Of a stretch of DNA of 64,000 nucleotides, positions 18,415-27,975 are shown piece after piece. Both the position numbers and the translations under genes were made by a program. The notes below the pieces were generated by a model, which did no database searches, was not told where the DNA came from, and worked only from the letters and a program-made list of their open reading frames with translations. The DNA is from Cyanobacteria bacterium J06627_8. Lineage in GTDB: Bacteria; Cyanobacteriota; Cyanobacteriia; CAKZMO01. The DNA lies in the NCBI GenBank assembly GCA_038520475.1, contig JBCBLF010000001.1, positions 9,509 through 73,508 of the forward strand. Direction: 5' to 3'. Each line of letters begins with the position of its first letter. Positions within the stretch are counted from its first letter, which is position 1.

Positions 18415-19320
18415 TCACGTATCTCCTGAGGATTGCGTCGACTGGCGATCGCTCCGTGTGAAGCGAAATACTCCGTACCCCATGGCCGCAATAACGAGCC
18501 AATACGGACTGTAGACCAATAGCCAGATACCAAGCTGCATCAGCCCGACTGTAAATGAACCGACCGACCGAGTCGCTTGCTGCCAGCTATCACCCAGTTG
18601 AGTCACAACCGTTGTCTGGCTGGGAATGCTGGCTGCCTCTGCACGTAAGGTGAGCGAGATGGTCGAATACCGGACTTGATTGCGCAAGCTCGCGAGTTGA
18701 CCGTCAATCTGCTCAATGGACTGGCGGATATTTCGAAGTTCTTGCGCCACTTGCAGAACATCACCAATTTCGCCCGATCGTTCCATAATGCCTAAAACCG
18801 TTTCCTCAGCCTTGCGCAGGTTGCGGAGTCGTGCCTCAAAGTCCACCAGCTGAGACGATACATCTTCAGCCATGAGGGACTGTTGGTCTACAGCACCGAG
18901 CTCAGAAAATTGCTCCATGGCTGTGTCGAGCTGCGTTTGAGGAACCCGAAGCTGTAGTGAAGCGACGTGTGGACTAGTTTCATTGCGAGGTAGTTGATTT
19001 TGCAACATCAAAATATCACCACCCACCCCACGGACAATCACTGTCACTTGGTCAATCGCGTCATCGACAGTCTCAACATCAAGAGACAGTTCCGCCCGCT
19101 TGACGAGTTGAGAGGATGACTCGGGTACATCAGCCCTTTGACCCTCATCCGATAATTCCTGAGCAACGTGTTGAGCTTCCTCTGTCGCAGGTAGCGCCGT
19201 ATCGAGCTGTGCAGCACTCTCAGGAGCCGATGATTCATAACTAGAGGCACAACCAGCTAGCAATCCACCCATAATAGTCAGGGTCAACAGTCCATTCCGA
19301 AACATAGAAATCGGCCACAT
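18415..19320 (-). CDS. DUF4349-like lipoprotein with coiled coil and C-terminal TM helix
   Basis: Lipoprotein signal MWPISMFRNGLLTLTIMGGLLAGC. Heptad-rich middle. C-terminal TM WLLVYSPYWLVIAAMGYGVF. The ORF track extends to 19440. Confidence 0.55.
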   Translation of the reverse strand: MWPISMFRNGLLTLTIMGGLLAGCASSYESSAPESAAQLDTALPATEEAQHVAQELSDEGQRADVPESSSQLVKRAELSLDVETVDDAIDQVTVIVRGVGGDILMLQNQLPRNETSPHVASLQLRVPQTQLDTAMEQFSELGAVDQQSLMAEDVSSQLVDFEARLRNLRKAEETVLGIMERSGEIGDVLQVAQELRNIRQSIEQIDGQLASLRNQVRYSTISLTLRAEAASIPSQTTVVTQLGDSWQQATRSVGSFTVGLMQLGIWLLVYSPYWLVIAAMGYGVFRFTRSDRQSTQSSGDT

Positions 19321-19552
19321 CAAATGATGGGTTGCACGTGCGCGATTCACAGCGGATGAAGCGACACGTTCATCCGTTGCGAGAGTTTTTATTTGATGGT
19401 TGGAGTCGAGCGGGTGGGTATGCATGGGCGATCGCCTCAACGTTGACTTGCACCCATTATGGCAAGGGCAATAAGAAAACCCAGGTAGGTTTCCGTTTCC
19501 GAAACGGCAGTTGTCTGAACGAATCCATGCGATTTATTGGATCAATGTCTGC

Positions 19553-20872
19553 TCAAAATGTTGTGTTGCGGCGGCGACTTGGCATCACCAGCATCTTATC
19601 AACCCGGTTGCCATCCATATCCATCACTTCAAATCGCAAGTTGTGCCATTCAAAATGGTCAGCCGATGCAGGAATGCGTCCCAGATACGTAATGACGAAT
19701 CCACCCAGAGTTTGGTAGTTACCTTGCTCTTCTCCAGGTAAATACGTGAGATTAAAGATTTCTTTGAACTTCTCAATTGGCAGAAGCCCATCCACCAACC
19801 AGGAGCCATCTTCCCTCTGCACGGCTGGCAGTTCGTGGGGTTGATCTGCGAAGGGAATATCTCCGATGATAACTTCCATGACATCGTTCAAGGTAACAAG
19901 TCCTTGGACAACACCATATTCATCAATCACAAACGCAATATGAGTTCCCGATTGCTTGAACATTTCCAACATTTTCAGCGCACGGGTGCTGGCTGGCACA
20001 AACAATGGCTGTTTCAATAGGCTAGGAAAATCTAGCGGCTGATTATGCAACACCTGACTGAGGACGTCGGTTGCATTAACCACGCCCAGCACATTGTCAA
20101 GACTGTCGTGACATACCGGAAACCGAGTGTGGCGGCTGTTGGTCATGGTTCGTTGATGAACCTCAGACGAGTCGCTGAGATCAAGCCAAGTAATGTCTAA
20201 CCGGGGTGTCATTAATGCTCCAACGTTTTGATCGCCAAGACGAAAGACCCGTTCAACCATGTCTTGTTCAGCGACCTCAAACATTCCGGCTTCTGCCCCT
20301 TGCCGGACTAAAACTTTGATTTCTTCTTCTGTTACTAGTGGTTCAGAGTAGGTTTGCTCCACGCCAAACAGCCGTATGATGGCTTCTGTTGATGCACTCA
20401 GTAAATGGACGATTGGAGAAGCGATCGCCGACAGCAGGTTCATTGGCTTTGCGATGACAACGGCAATCTTCTCGGGATTGCTGAGCCCCAGTCGTTTCGG
20501 AACAAGTTCTCCAACGATGAGCGACAGGTAAGTCACGAAGACGACAACCATGCCTAGGGCGATCGCCTCACTCGTTTGGGCGAGACCTGGAATCAGCGCA
20601 ATGTAGCTAGCCAGAGACTTAGAGAGCGTTGCACCACCAAAAGCTCCGGCCAAAATCCCGATGAGGGTAATTCCAACCTGCACAGTTGAAAGAAACCGAT
20701 TGGGTGTATTTGAGAGCTCTAGAGCAACTCTGGCCCTGTCGTCACCTTGATTAGTGAGCTCCTGAAGCCGTGTCTTTCGCACAGAAATAATCGATATCTC
20801 TGCCATTGCAAAAATACCGTTGGTAATGACCAACACCAAGATGATTAAAAACTCAAGTGCCACAGACGACAT
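19553..20872 (-). CDS. HlyC/CorC (CNNM) family transporter: DUF21 TM domain, CBS pair, CorC_HlyC
   Basis: Four N-terminal TM helices, a tandem CBS region and a C-terminal CorC domain. Confidence 0.8.
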   Translation of the reverse strand: MSSVALEFLIILVLVITNGIFAMAEISIISVRKTRLQELTNQGDDRARVALELSNTPNRFLSTVQVGITLIGILAGAFGGATLSKSLASYIALIPGLAQTSEAIALGMVVVFVTYLSLIVGELVPKRLGLSNPEKIAVVIAKPMNLLSAIASPIVHLLSASTEAIIRLFGVEQTYSEPLVTEEEIKVLVRQGAEAGMFEVAEQDMVERVFRLGDQNVGALMTPRLDITWLDLSDSSEVHQRTMTNSRHTRFPVCHDSLDNVLGVVNATDVLSQVLHNQPLDFPSLLKQPLFVPASTRALKMLEMFKQSGTHIAFVIDEYGVVQGLVTLNDVMEVIIGDIPFADQPHELPAVQREDGSWLVDGLLPIEKFKEIFNLTYLPGEEQGNYQTLGGFVITYLGRIPASADHFEWHNLRFEVMDMDGNRVDKMLVMPSRRRNTTF

Positions 20873-21404
20873 GGTTTTACCTTCAGCATTGAGGCAGCAT
20901 CGTCAACCGATGACACCATTCTGATTTGAGCTGATGCGTGCATCAGGCACAAATCTCTTAAAAACTATAAACGGTTTTAGAGAGGTCATCTTAAGAGCAT
21001 TAGCGATAAATCTCTGACCAATGAGAAGTTGCCTAAATAATCCACGCTACAGTAATGAAAATTGATACCAGCAGGGTCTGTGGGAATCATCGTTCGCCCT
21101 GGTTCAACAGCTCTAGGGTCGGGTCATATTGAATCTGGTTTTGAGACTCTAAATCTGATGGGTTATGAAATGTCTGTGTTGCAGACACGTCATAACCCAT
21201 CGAACGTAATAACGGAGCTGGCGTCTATATCCATCTCGTGTTGGATTGGGTTGAATTGATTGTAAGACCATGATTAGCTCGTATACGGCTTTATCATAAG
21301 TCTCACTTGTATGGTGCGATCCGTAGGTGCAATCAACCTGACAATACAGAAGCTACTCAGAACGTTGCTTGTCTTAGACCAACCTCTATTCACAATCTCC
21401 AAAC

Positions 21405-21992
21405 CTACGCGGAGAGCGCAACCCTAATTTGCTCGATCCGTTTCCGATTTACACCCAAATCAGACTGCCCCAAGCGGGAAGCAGAGCGAACGTGAATCAC
21501 ACTGGCCTGATCATCAAGATAAAATTCAACGTCATCCACAAATCCCATGAGTGCACTTGTGAACTCTGCATATAGATAGGTGTCATTGGCTGTGATGATT
21601 TCTGTTCGCTCCATGCTATCAACAACAGACTTGACGGCCGCCATCGCTTCAGATGGAGACTGGTCGTATGTTAGCGGCATGATGTAGTGCTCTGCATCGG
21701 CTTTAGGCGCTTGGCTGCTGACACAGTTAGGACTACCGGGACAAGATGCAAGTTTCCCATCGGTCACTCCAAGCGTATCGGGACGCGTCCCTGAGAATGA
21801 AAACATGGAACCTCCTAATGCAAATTGACCAACGGGAGATGAAATCGGTTGATGAGACCGTGTAGGAGAGGGAACCACAGGGGCGATCGCCTCTGACGGA
21901 TAAAACTGAGCAAATTGGGCGTGAGCCTCACTAGGCAACGAAATCAAGCTCAGAACTACCGATAAAAATGTAGCGAATAAGATACGACTCAT
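21405..21992 (-). CDS. DUF1499 family secreted protein
   Basis: Signal peptide. CPGSPNCVSS ... YLYAEFTS..GFVDDVEF ... RSASRLGQSDLGVNRKR motifs. Confidence 0.55.
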   Translation of the reverse strand: MSRILFATFLSVVLSLISLPSEAHAQFAQFYPSEAIAPVVPSPTRSHQPISSPVGQFALGGSMFSFSGTRPDTLGVTDGKLASCPGSPNCVSSQAPKADAEHYIMPLTYDQSPSEAMAAVKSVVDSMERTEIITANDTYLYAEFTSALMGFVDDVEFYLDDQASVIHVRSASRLGQSDLGVNRKRIEQIRVALSA

Positions 21993-22239
21993 AACAACTC
22001 ATTAAGGGAACGTCATGAACGACACAATTTGGAACTTTTTTCAATGCAACTGAACAATGTTTCATATTACATTTACCATGCATTTCTACTATTGGCGGAT
22101 CTAAAGATATCCATAGAAATCTACTGATACTCTAATAGCCAATACTGGCAAGGCTTTTAGGTTTTCTGAGAATTTTGTTTTCTGGTTTGATGAACCTGCT
22201 CTCAGCATCACGGTTTCACAACTCAGCAAAATTTATAAA

Positions 22240-22347
22240 GGAATAGAGGGGATGGGCGCGCTGTGCCCATCCCCTCTATTCCTTTGTCAGGCCATACCAG
22301 AACCGTGTAAGTCCTATTTGTTATGGATTTGAGACGTTTGCCAAGTT
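22240..22347. repeat. Copy 2 of the dispersed hairpin + TTGCCAAG element
   Basis: GGAATAGAGGGGATGGGCGCG-CTGT-GCCCATCCCCTCTATTCC ... TATGGATTTGAGACGTTTGCCAAG. Confidence 0.7.
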
Positions 22348-22617
22348 ATGTCAGTTTGTGATCGGTGCCAGGTCAAGACATTCGATAGCAAAACTGGAAA
22401 GATATCTACGGCTTATTCAACTCTTGTGGCATAGTTTAGGAGGTAAAATTTGGTTGACGATTGGATGCCTCTGCCGATTGATCGTGTTGTAAGATGAATC
22501 AGTGCGTGCGATCGCTCAAAGCTATCTCTACAGCTTGGTTTCGAATGATTCGACCAACTGATCTCAGAACTTTTCTCAATCAACCAATAGTAAAATTTGC
22601 TGCTAGCTAAGCTCAGG

Positions 22618-23064
22618 ATGTCGTTTGTGCCTAACCGTCGTTTATTAACAGCATTTCTGATTCTGTCTATCGGGGTTTCATTGATGAGCTGTAGTGAGGG
22701 AAGAGTCTCTCAGTGCAATCGGCTCATTGGAATTGCGAACGAAGCTGCAAGCAGCGTAGAGGCTGTGACAAGTACGGCATCACCTGATGATCCAGACGCG
22801 TTTCTGCGTATTGCTGACGCTGCTGAACAAGCCACCAGCGAACTTGAGAACCTTGAGGTTGCTGATACCGAGTTACAAAATTATCAGCAGCAATTTATTT
22901 CGCTCTATGTTGAAACAAGCGCAGCAACTCGTCGCCTTGTTGATGCTGTTAAGAATCAAGATGCAGAAGCTGCCGATGCGGCTTACATGGAGCTAGAAGA
23001 AGCCACTGAGAGAGAAATCCCCCTTGTGGACGAGATTAACAATTACTGCGGAGGCTCAGCTTAA
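22618..23064 (+). CDS. Hypothetical lipoprotein
   Basis: Lipobox SLMSC. Alpha-helical, acidic. The ORF track starts at 22597. Confidence 0.45.
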   Translation: MSFVPNRRLLTAFLILSIGVSLMSCSEGRVSQCNRLIGIANEAASSVEAVTSTASPDDPDAFLRIADAAEQATSELENLEVADTELQNYQQQFISLYVETSAATRRLVDAVKNQDAEAADAAYMELEEATEREIPLVDEINNYCGGSA

Positions 23065-23139
23065 CAGTAGCGTGAGTACTTGGCGTCACATCATTTCCCG
23101 ACATGGTTGCACCAATAATGCAATTGCATATTGCTTACG

Positions 23140-26100
23140 TTACTGAATAGTGAATCGTCTGCAAAAATCTGCTAGTGATTCTTCATCAATGTCTGAAGGC
23201 ACGTTCTCATCAGACGCGTCATTAGGCAACTCATCAGCATAGGTTTGGGGAGTCTCTGATGTGCTCAATCGGTTTCCATTCTGAGACCAGGGGTCTCGAA
23301 TATCTTCTCCTGAAAACCGCAAGAAACTATCATCTCTCTGTTGAATCGACGGGTCTGAGCCAGTCGCGTTGCGATCGCCATTTTCAGCGGATGGCGGACG
23401 GTTGGACTCAGACATCATAGGTGATGATTGAGCTGAAATACCGTTTTGCCGCGGGTCATTCCAAGCATCATTGTTGGCAAACAAATCCGTATTATTCAGT
23501 TCAATATCGCTATTGATGACGCTGAAGAAGTCTTCTAGGGTTTGAGTTCCGATCTGTTGAACATCGATGTCTTCTTGTTCAACCCCATCATTTGTTGCAG
23601 TTTCCGCAATCGCGTTTGCTTCCTCTTGAGTTTGAGAAGTTGAATCCTCAGCTCCAAAACCGTCAAAGAAATCTCCCCATCGTTCGAACTGGTCGACTAA
23701 TTCATCTCCAGGGTTAGGCCCAGCATCGGATTCACCATCAGACTCCTCTGAGTCATTGGCTTCCCAAACGATTGAATCGACGGAATGATCGCTGACGCCT
23801 GATGAGTGGTCGGAGTCAGATGGAAGACGGGCTGCTCGAATATAGGTCTCTTCTGGATCGATGTATGTCTCTTCTGGATCGATGTATGGTTCTTCTAGAT
23901 CGACATCCGTTTCTTCGAGGTCGACGTATATCTCCTCTGTATCGAAGTAACGATCGCCACCGGAGGCATCATCGGCTCCATACGGCCATTCGTTGGCCTC
24001 TTCATCAACGTCGGTGCTCTCGGAGTCGGTTGTATCGAAGCGATGATCGACATCGGCAGCAGCATCGTCTCTATACGGCCATTCGTCAGTTTCTTTCTGA
24101 ACGTAAGTGCTCTCAGGGTCGATTGTATCGGAGTGACGATCAACATCGGCAGCAGCATCGTCTTCATGTGGCCATTCGTCAGTTTCTTTCTGAACGTAGG
24201 TGCTCTCGGGGTCAATCGTATCGGAGTGACGATCAACATCGGCAGCAGCATCGTCTTCATGTGGCCATTCGTCAGTTTCTTTCTGAACGTAGGTGCTTTC
24301 GGGATCGATATATTCGCTGTGCTCGTCCCTATCTGACGCATCGTCAGAGGAGCTAACCCACGGATGAGACGGATGAGCAGAGGCTTCTGTCTCATTGAGA
24401 CCATCACCATCCCAGACAATCGAGTCTACCGAATGATCGGCAATATTGTCATCTCCGTCAGCATCATAAAAATTGAGATTGGAGGATAGCTCAACGTTGT
24501 CTGAAAGTTCTAACTCACGGAACGGTTCAATATACGGTTCTGTATTTGGAGCATCTATCGATTCTGTATCCAGAGTTTCAAGATAAGAAGCACCAGCTTC
24601 ATCCACAACTGTATCCAACCACGCTGGCTCATCGAATGCTGACTCGCTCGGTTCTGAATCGATTTGCTCAGCGTTAGCCTCAGACCATGGCGCTCCATCA
24701 GATGCAGCAACGTCAAATATTTCAGACTCTTGCGAACCGAACGGAGTAGTCGCACCTTCGTCTACGTCGAAATCAGCATACGCATCTAACCCATCACTGT
24801 TTTCAGGGCTTCCGAACTCATGGGGAGAAGCGTGGACTGATGCATCTTCAAGTTGTCCGGAGAACCGGACCGTTTCATCCACATCAAACGACACAAATTC
24901 CTCTGAATCTTCGCCAATAGTGAGGTCTTCTGGAGGATGCTCGATAATTTGCCCAGGGTTATCTGACTCACTGTAGTTGTCTTCGGCCAAATCAGGAGAG
25001 GCAGGATTAACAGACAATGGTGCTGCGGCCTGTGCCTCTAAATTGTTCCTGTAAAGACCATTTTCGTTTTCGTCATCAACAGATGCCCGATAAGCATCAA
25101 GCGAATCGTATTCGTATTCACGCTCAGTGTCGTCTGTAGACTCGTGTAAATCGACGTGAGCACTTGTTGAAGATACTGACAGAGACGAATCGGTTACGAG
25201 CATTGACGATTCCACTGATGGCGCAGCAAATGGAGTGGCAGAGGGCATCTCATTGGCAAGTTGCTCTACCTTAAGCAGTGTTTCCTGTGCCTTTTGTGCA
25301 TTGATTGGACTCTTCTGCTCTTCAAAGTGCTCCGTTGCCTGCTCTAAATCAGCGATCGCCAGCTGATAGTTACCGATGGTCTGATAGACCATTGCCCGCT
25401 GATAGAAAACAGCAGGTGTATTAGGAGAATGAACAAGCGCTTCAGTGTAATCAGCGATCGCTCCTTCATAGTCTTCCAGTTTTTGACTTGCGGCTCCTCG
25501 ATAGAAATAGGCAATGGCGGAGGTTGGAGCCGCTTGAATCGCTAAACTGAAATCTGCGATCGCCCCATATTGGTCTTCCTGTTCCGACTGCAAGTAGCCT
25601 CGGTTGCAATATGCCGAACACTGTTCCGGATTCAAAGCGATGGACTGGGTGAAGTCTGCTAACGATGCCTCAAGATTCTTTTGTTCATAGTGAATGATGC
25701 CTCTCAAGTTGTAAGCAGCAGAATTATCAGGATTAGCAGCGAGAATGACGTCTATATCTGAGGCCGCACCCGCTTTATCGCCCAGGTCATATCGAGTAAT
25801 CGCTCGATTCCAGTAAGCGTCGACATCATGAGTAGGTGGATTAGGCTCATCAAACCGTTGAGTCAGATGCTTAACAATCTGCTCATCCGTAGTTCTCAGC
25901 TTGAGTTCAGCATCCTTTAGCGAAGTTTGAGTCTTGAGCCGTGCATCCAACCCAAGAATCGCATATTCGTCATCGGAAATGAGGTAGTTTTCGGCCGTTC
26001 CGAGAATCTTAAATTGGAAATTGTTTGGGTAGTAGCGCTTGATGGCAAGCAGTCGCTTCAGGGTGCCCTGAAGCGAGCCAGTGGAAAGCGGATTGATCGA

Positions 26101-27429
26101 CCATCGTCGATTAATGAGGCTCAAGAATCGATCATCTTGGCGATCGCTTACATGGCACCAACCAATATCGAGCTGCCGCTGCTGTTTGAGGAATCCTTCA
26201 ATTCGTCGCAACATATCTGCATCTAGCTCGGTGTGAACAGACCACGGCCAAATGAGAATCAGCCTCTGTTGCGTTGATTCGAGGGCATCTGTGAGTGCCT
26301 GACGACTGCCTGGAGTAATTGGATCAGCGCTAGAGTTTGGGTCTGACGACAGATCAAATACCAAATCATAGGGCAGTGATGGCGAACGGTCAGCAATCAT
26401 TTCCTGTAAATGCTGTACTTCGCCTCGAAGCACGTCTTCAATGGTCGATTTTAGCTCTGGAGAGTGATACAGCGTACGAAGCTGACGGTTGATCGCGCGA
26501 ATTTCCCGTGTAAACGATTCCTCCAGTTGCGATCGCAGCTGCGGCACGTCTGGAAGAGCCTGAAGCCGATTATTAATCTTCTGCATGTCGCGACGCAGAG
26601 CATCTTCGGTCTGGAGCTGACTCGTTTGCTGCTGCTGAATCACTCGCAAGTCGGCCACAAGGGCATTGAGGTCTCGTTTAGGAACCAAATCTGCAACCAC
26701 CCGCACCAGTTCACCGACCTCTCGCTTGATGGAGCTGGTATCAGCCTGAGGAGGCAGCGATTTAATTTGACGGTTAAGCTGAGTGACTTGATCCTGTAGG
26801 TTAGTAAGCGTGTGACTGCTATATTCGTTAAGCGTTTTAACTGTTGCGTCAATCTTACTGGTATCAGTCGAAATATTGGCGATCGCCTGCTCTAGTTCCT
26901 GTGTCCGTTCATTGGTCACGAACTGCGGAAGCGATGCTGCGATACTGCTCAATGAGTTGTAGACTTCGACATACTGAAGTTGAAGCTGAGTAATCTCCTC
27001 GCGAGCCTCGCCGATTTTATATTCGTCTAAGGCCTTGAAGCGATTTTCAACATCTTGCTTAATTTTGTGAATGTAGGCATACGTCTTTTGCATCTTTTCG
27101 CGACTATGCCGCAAAATTGACTGACGAACATCTCCGATCATCTCGGGAGTCGGCATGGTTTGAATCTTTTGTTCAAGGACTTCAAGATTCGCAGATAGTC
27201 TCTGATCAAGGGTTGCAAGGGAATCAGACAGCCTTTGGTCTTGCGCCTGTTCGATCCGTCGACGGTTTAAGATGCCAACCAACAATGCAAACGAAAGCGG
27301 CGCAGACGTATAGAGGAGCTGTTTTGAAATGAATGACAGACTCAGGCCCGCTCCTAATCCAAGGAGAGAGAAATCCTCAATAAAATTGAACCAATGACGC
27401 TTTTTCAAGGCACACTCTTTGTATTGCAA
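23140..27429 (-). CDS. 1429-aa membrane-anchored coiled-coil/TPR protein with a highly acidic, tandemly repetitive C-terminal tail
   Basis: N-terminal TM segments, long coiled coil, a roughly 150-aa unknown domain (LILIWPWSVHTEL...), at least six TPR units, then a D/E-rich tail with 31-aa (x3) and 7-aa (EETYIDP) repeats. Confidence 0.7.
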   Translation of the reverse strand: MQYKECALKKRHWFNFIEDFSLLGLGAGLSLSFISKQLLYTSAPLSFALLVGILNRRRIEQAQDQRLSDSLATLDQRLSANLEVLEQKIQTMPTPEMIGDVRQSILRHSREKMQKTYAYIHKIKQDVENRFKALDEYKIGEAREEITQLQLQYVEVYNSLSSIAASLPQFVTNERTQELEQAIANISTDTSKIDATVKTLNEYSSHTLTNLQDQVTQLNRQIKSLPPQADTSSIKREVGELVRVVADLVPKRDLNALVADLRVIQQQQTSQLQTEDALRRDMQKINNRLQALPDVPQLRSQLEESFTREIRAINRQLRTLYHSPELKSTIEDVLRGEVQHLQEMIADRSPSLPYDLVFDLSSDPNSSADPITPGSRQALTDALESTQQRLILIWPWSVHTELDADMLRRIEGFLKQQRQLDIGWCHVSDRQDDRFLSLINRRWSINPLSTGSLQGTLKRLLAIKRYYPNNFQFKILGTAENYLISDDEYAILGLDARLKTQTSLKDAELKLRTTDEQIVKHLTQRFDEPNPPTHDVDAYWNRAITRYDLGDKAGAASDIDVILAANPDNSAAYNLRGIIHYEQKNLEASLADFTQSIALNPEQCSAYCNRGYLQSEQEDQYGAIADFSLAIQAAPTSAIAYFYRGAASQKLEDYEGAIADYTEALVHSPNTPAVFYQRAMVYQTIGNYQLAIADLEQATEHFEEQKSPINAQKAQETLLKVEQLANEMPSATPFAAPSVESSMLVTDSSLSVSSTSAHVDLHESTDDTEREYEYDSLDAYRASVDDENENGLYRNNLEAQAAAPLSVNPASPDLAEDNYSESDNPGQIIEHPPEDLTIGEDSEEFVSFDVDETVRFSGQLEDASVHASPHEFGSPENSDGLDAYADFDVDEGATTPFGSQESEIFDVAASDGAPWSEANAEQIDSEPSESAFDEPAWLDTVVDEAGASYLETLDTESIDAPNTEPYIEPFRELELSDNVELSSNLNFYDADGDDNIADHSVDSIVWDGDGLNETEASAHPSHPWVSSSDDASDRDEHSEYIDPESTYVQKETDEWPHEDDAAADVDRHSDTIDPESTYVQKETDEWPHEDDAAADVDRHSDTIDPESTYVQKETDEWPYRDDAAADVDHRFDTTDSESTDVDEEANEWPYGADDASGGDRYFDTEEIYVDLEETDVDLEEPYIDPEETYIDPEETYIRAARLPSDSDHSSGVSDHSVDSIVWEANDSEESDGESDAGPNPGDELVDQFERWGDFFDGFGAEDSTSQTQEEANAIAETATNDGVEQEDIDVQQIGTQTLEDFFSVINSDIELNNTDLFANNDAWNDPRQNGISAQSSPMMSESNRPPSAENGDRNATGSDPSIQQRDDSFLRFSGEDIRDPWSQNGNRLSTSETPQTYADELPNDASDENVPSDIDEESLADFCRRFTIQ
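23950..24325. repeat. Tandem 93-bp repeat, about 3.5 copies, coding for a 31-aa unit (DTIDPESTYVQKETDEWPHEDDAAADVDRHS); an adjacent 21-bp repeat array lies at about 23860-23925
   Basis: Three near-identical consecutive units 24044-24136, 24137-24229 and 24230-24322, plus a diverged copy 23951-24043. Confidence 0.8.
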
Positions 27430-27975
27430 ACGGTAGACTTCAAACCGACAGCTGCTGACAAAACGCTAGGCTCGCAACAGCCAATCATAAAGCTTTAATT
27501 ATTCGTCTCTACTTCGCTTACAACGGGGGATCAGGAAAACCTTTTCTTACGAAATATTCACTTTACCTTTACAAAAAATTGGAAGCTATAGCCACAATCA
27601 TTTGTCCTACGGTCAGTTTGCAGGCGTGCACTGTATGTCTACAAGCCAGGCTCTGTGGAGATTATCAGCTCTCGCAATCAGGTCAAATTCTCATAACATT
27701 TCCTGCAATGGATGCACGAAATATAGCCGTCGCCAGTTCCGTTAGGACAAGACGGCGAGCCACTTGGCGATTGGCTAGGTAACCGAATGATACTTGGTGT
27801 CCTAGCTTAAATGGCTGAAGCGATAGCTTCGTGGACCGTCCACTGGGCGGGCTCCACACAATCAAATCATTCGCCAATTTAAAGAATTGGTATTCTTACA
27901 TCTTGCACCTGGGTGTTGTAGACAAGGAGGCAAGATATGAGTATTGGCGTTCATGTTAGGTGTCGCGATACAGAC

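Noticed and set aside
23950-24325. Possible CRISPR array suggested by regular direct repeats
   Set aside because: Repeat unit is 93 bp with no unique spacers. It is in-frame coding sequence of an acidic protein tail, and no cas genes are nearby.
23802-24419. ORFs 23802..24356(+), 24043..24336(+) and 23895..24419(-) with repetitive Arg/His-rich or Ile/Gly-rich translations
   Set aside because: They lie entirely inside the 93-bp tandem repeats of the giant minus-strand gene. These are open frames created by the repeat periodicity, not independent genes.
27579-27877. Two overlapping small ORFs (67 aa + and 64 aa -) in the gap before the FAD-oxidoreductase gene, and a tRNA-like GC-rich stretch
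   Set aside because: Mutually exclusive frames. No T-loop (GTTCRANYC) or cloverleaf could be folded by hand, and there is no family signature.
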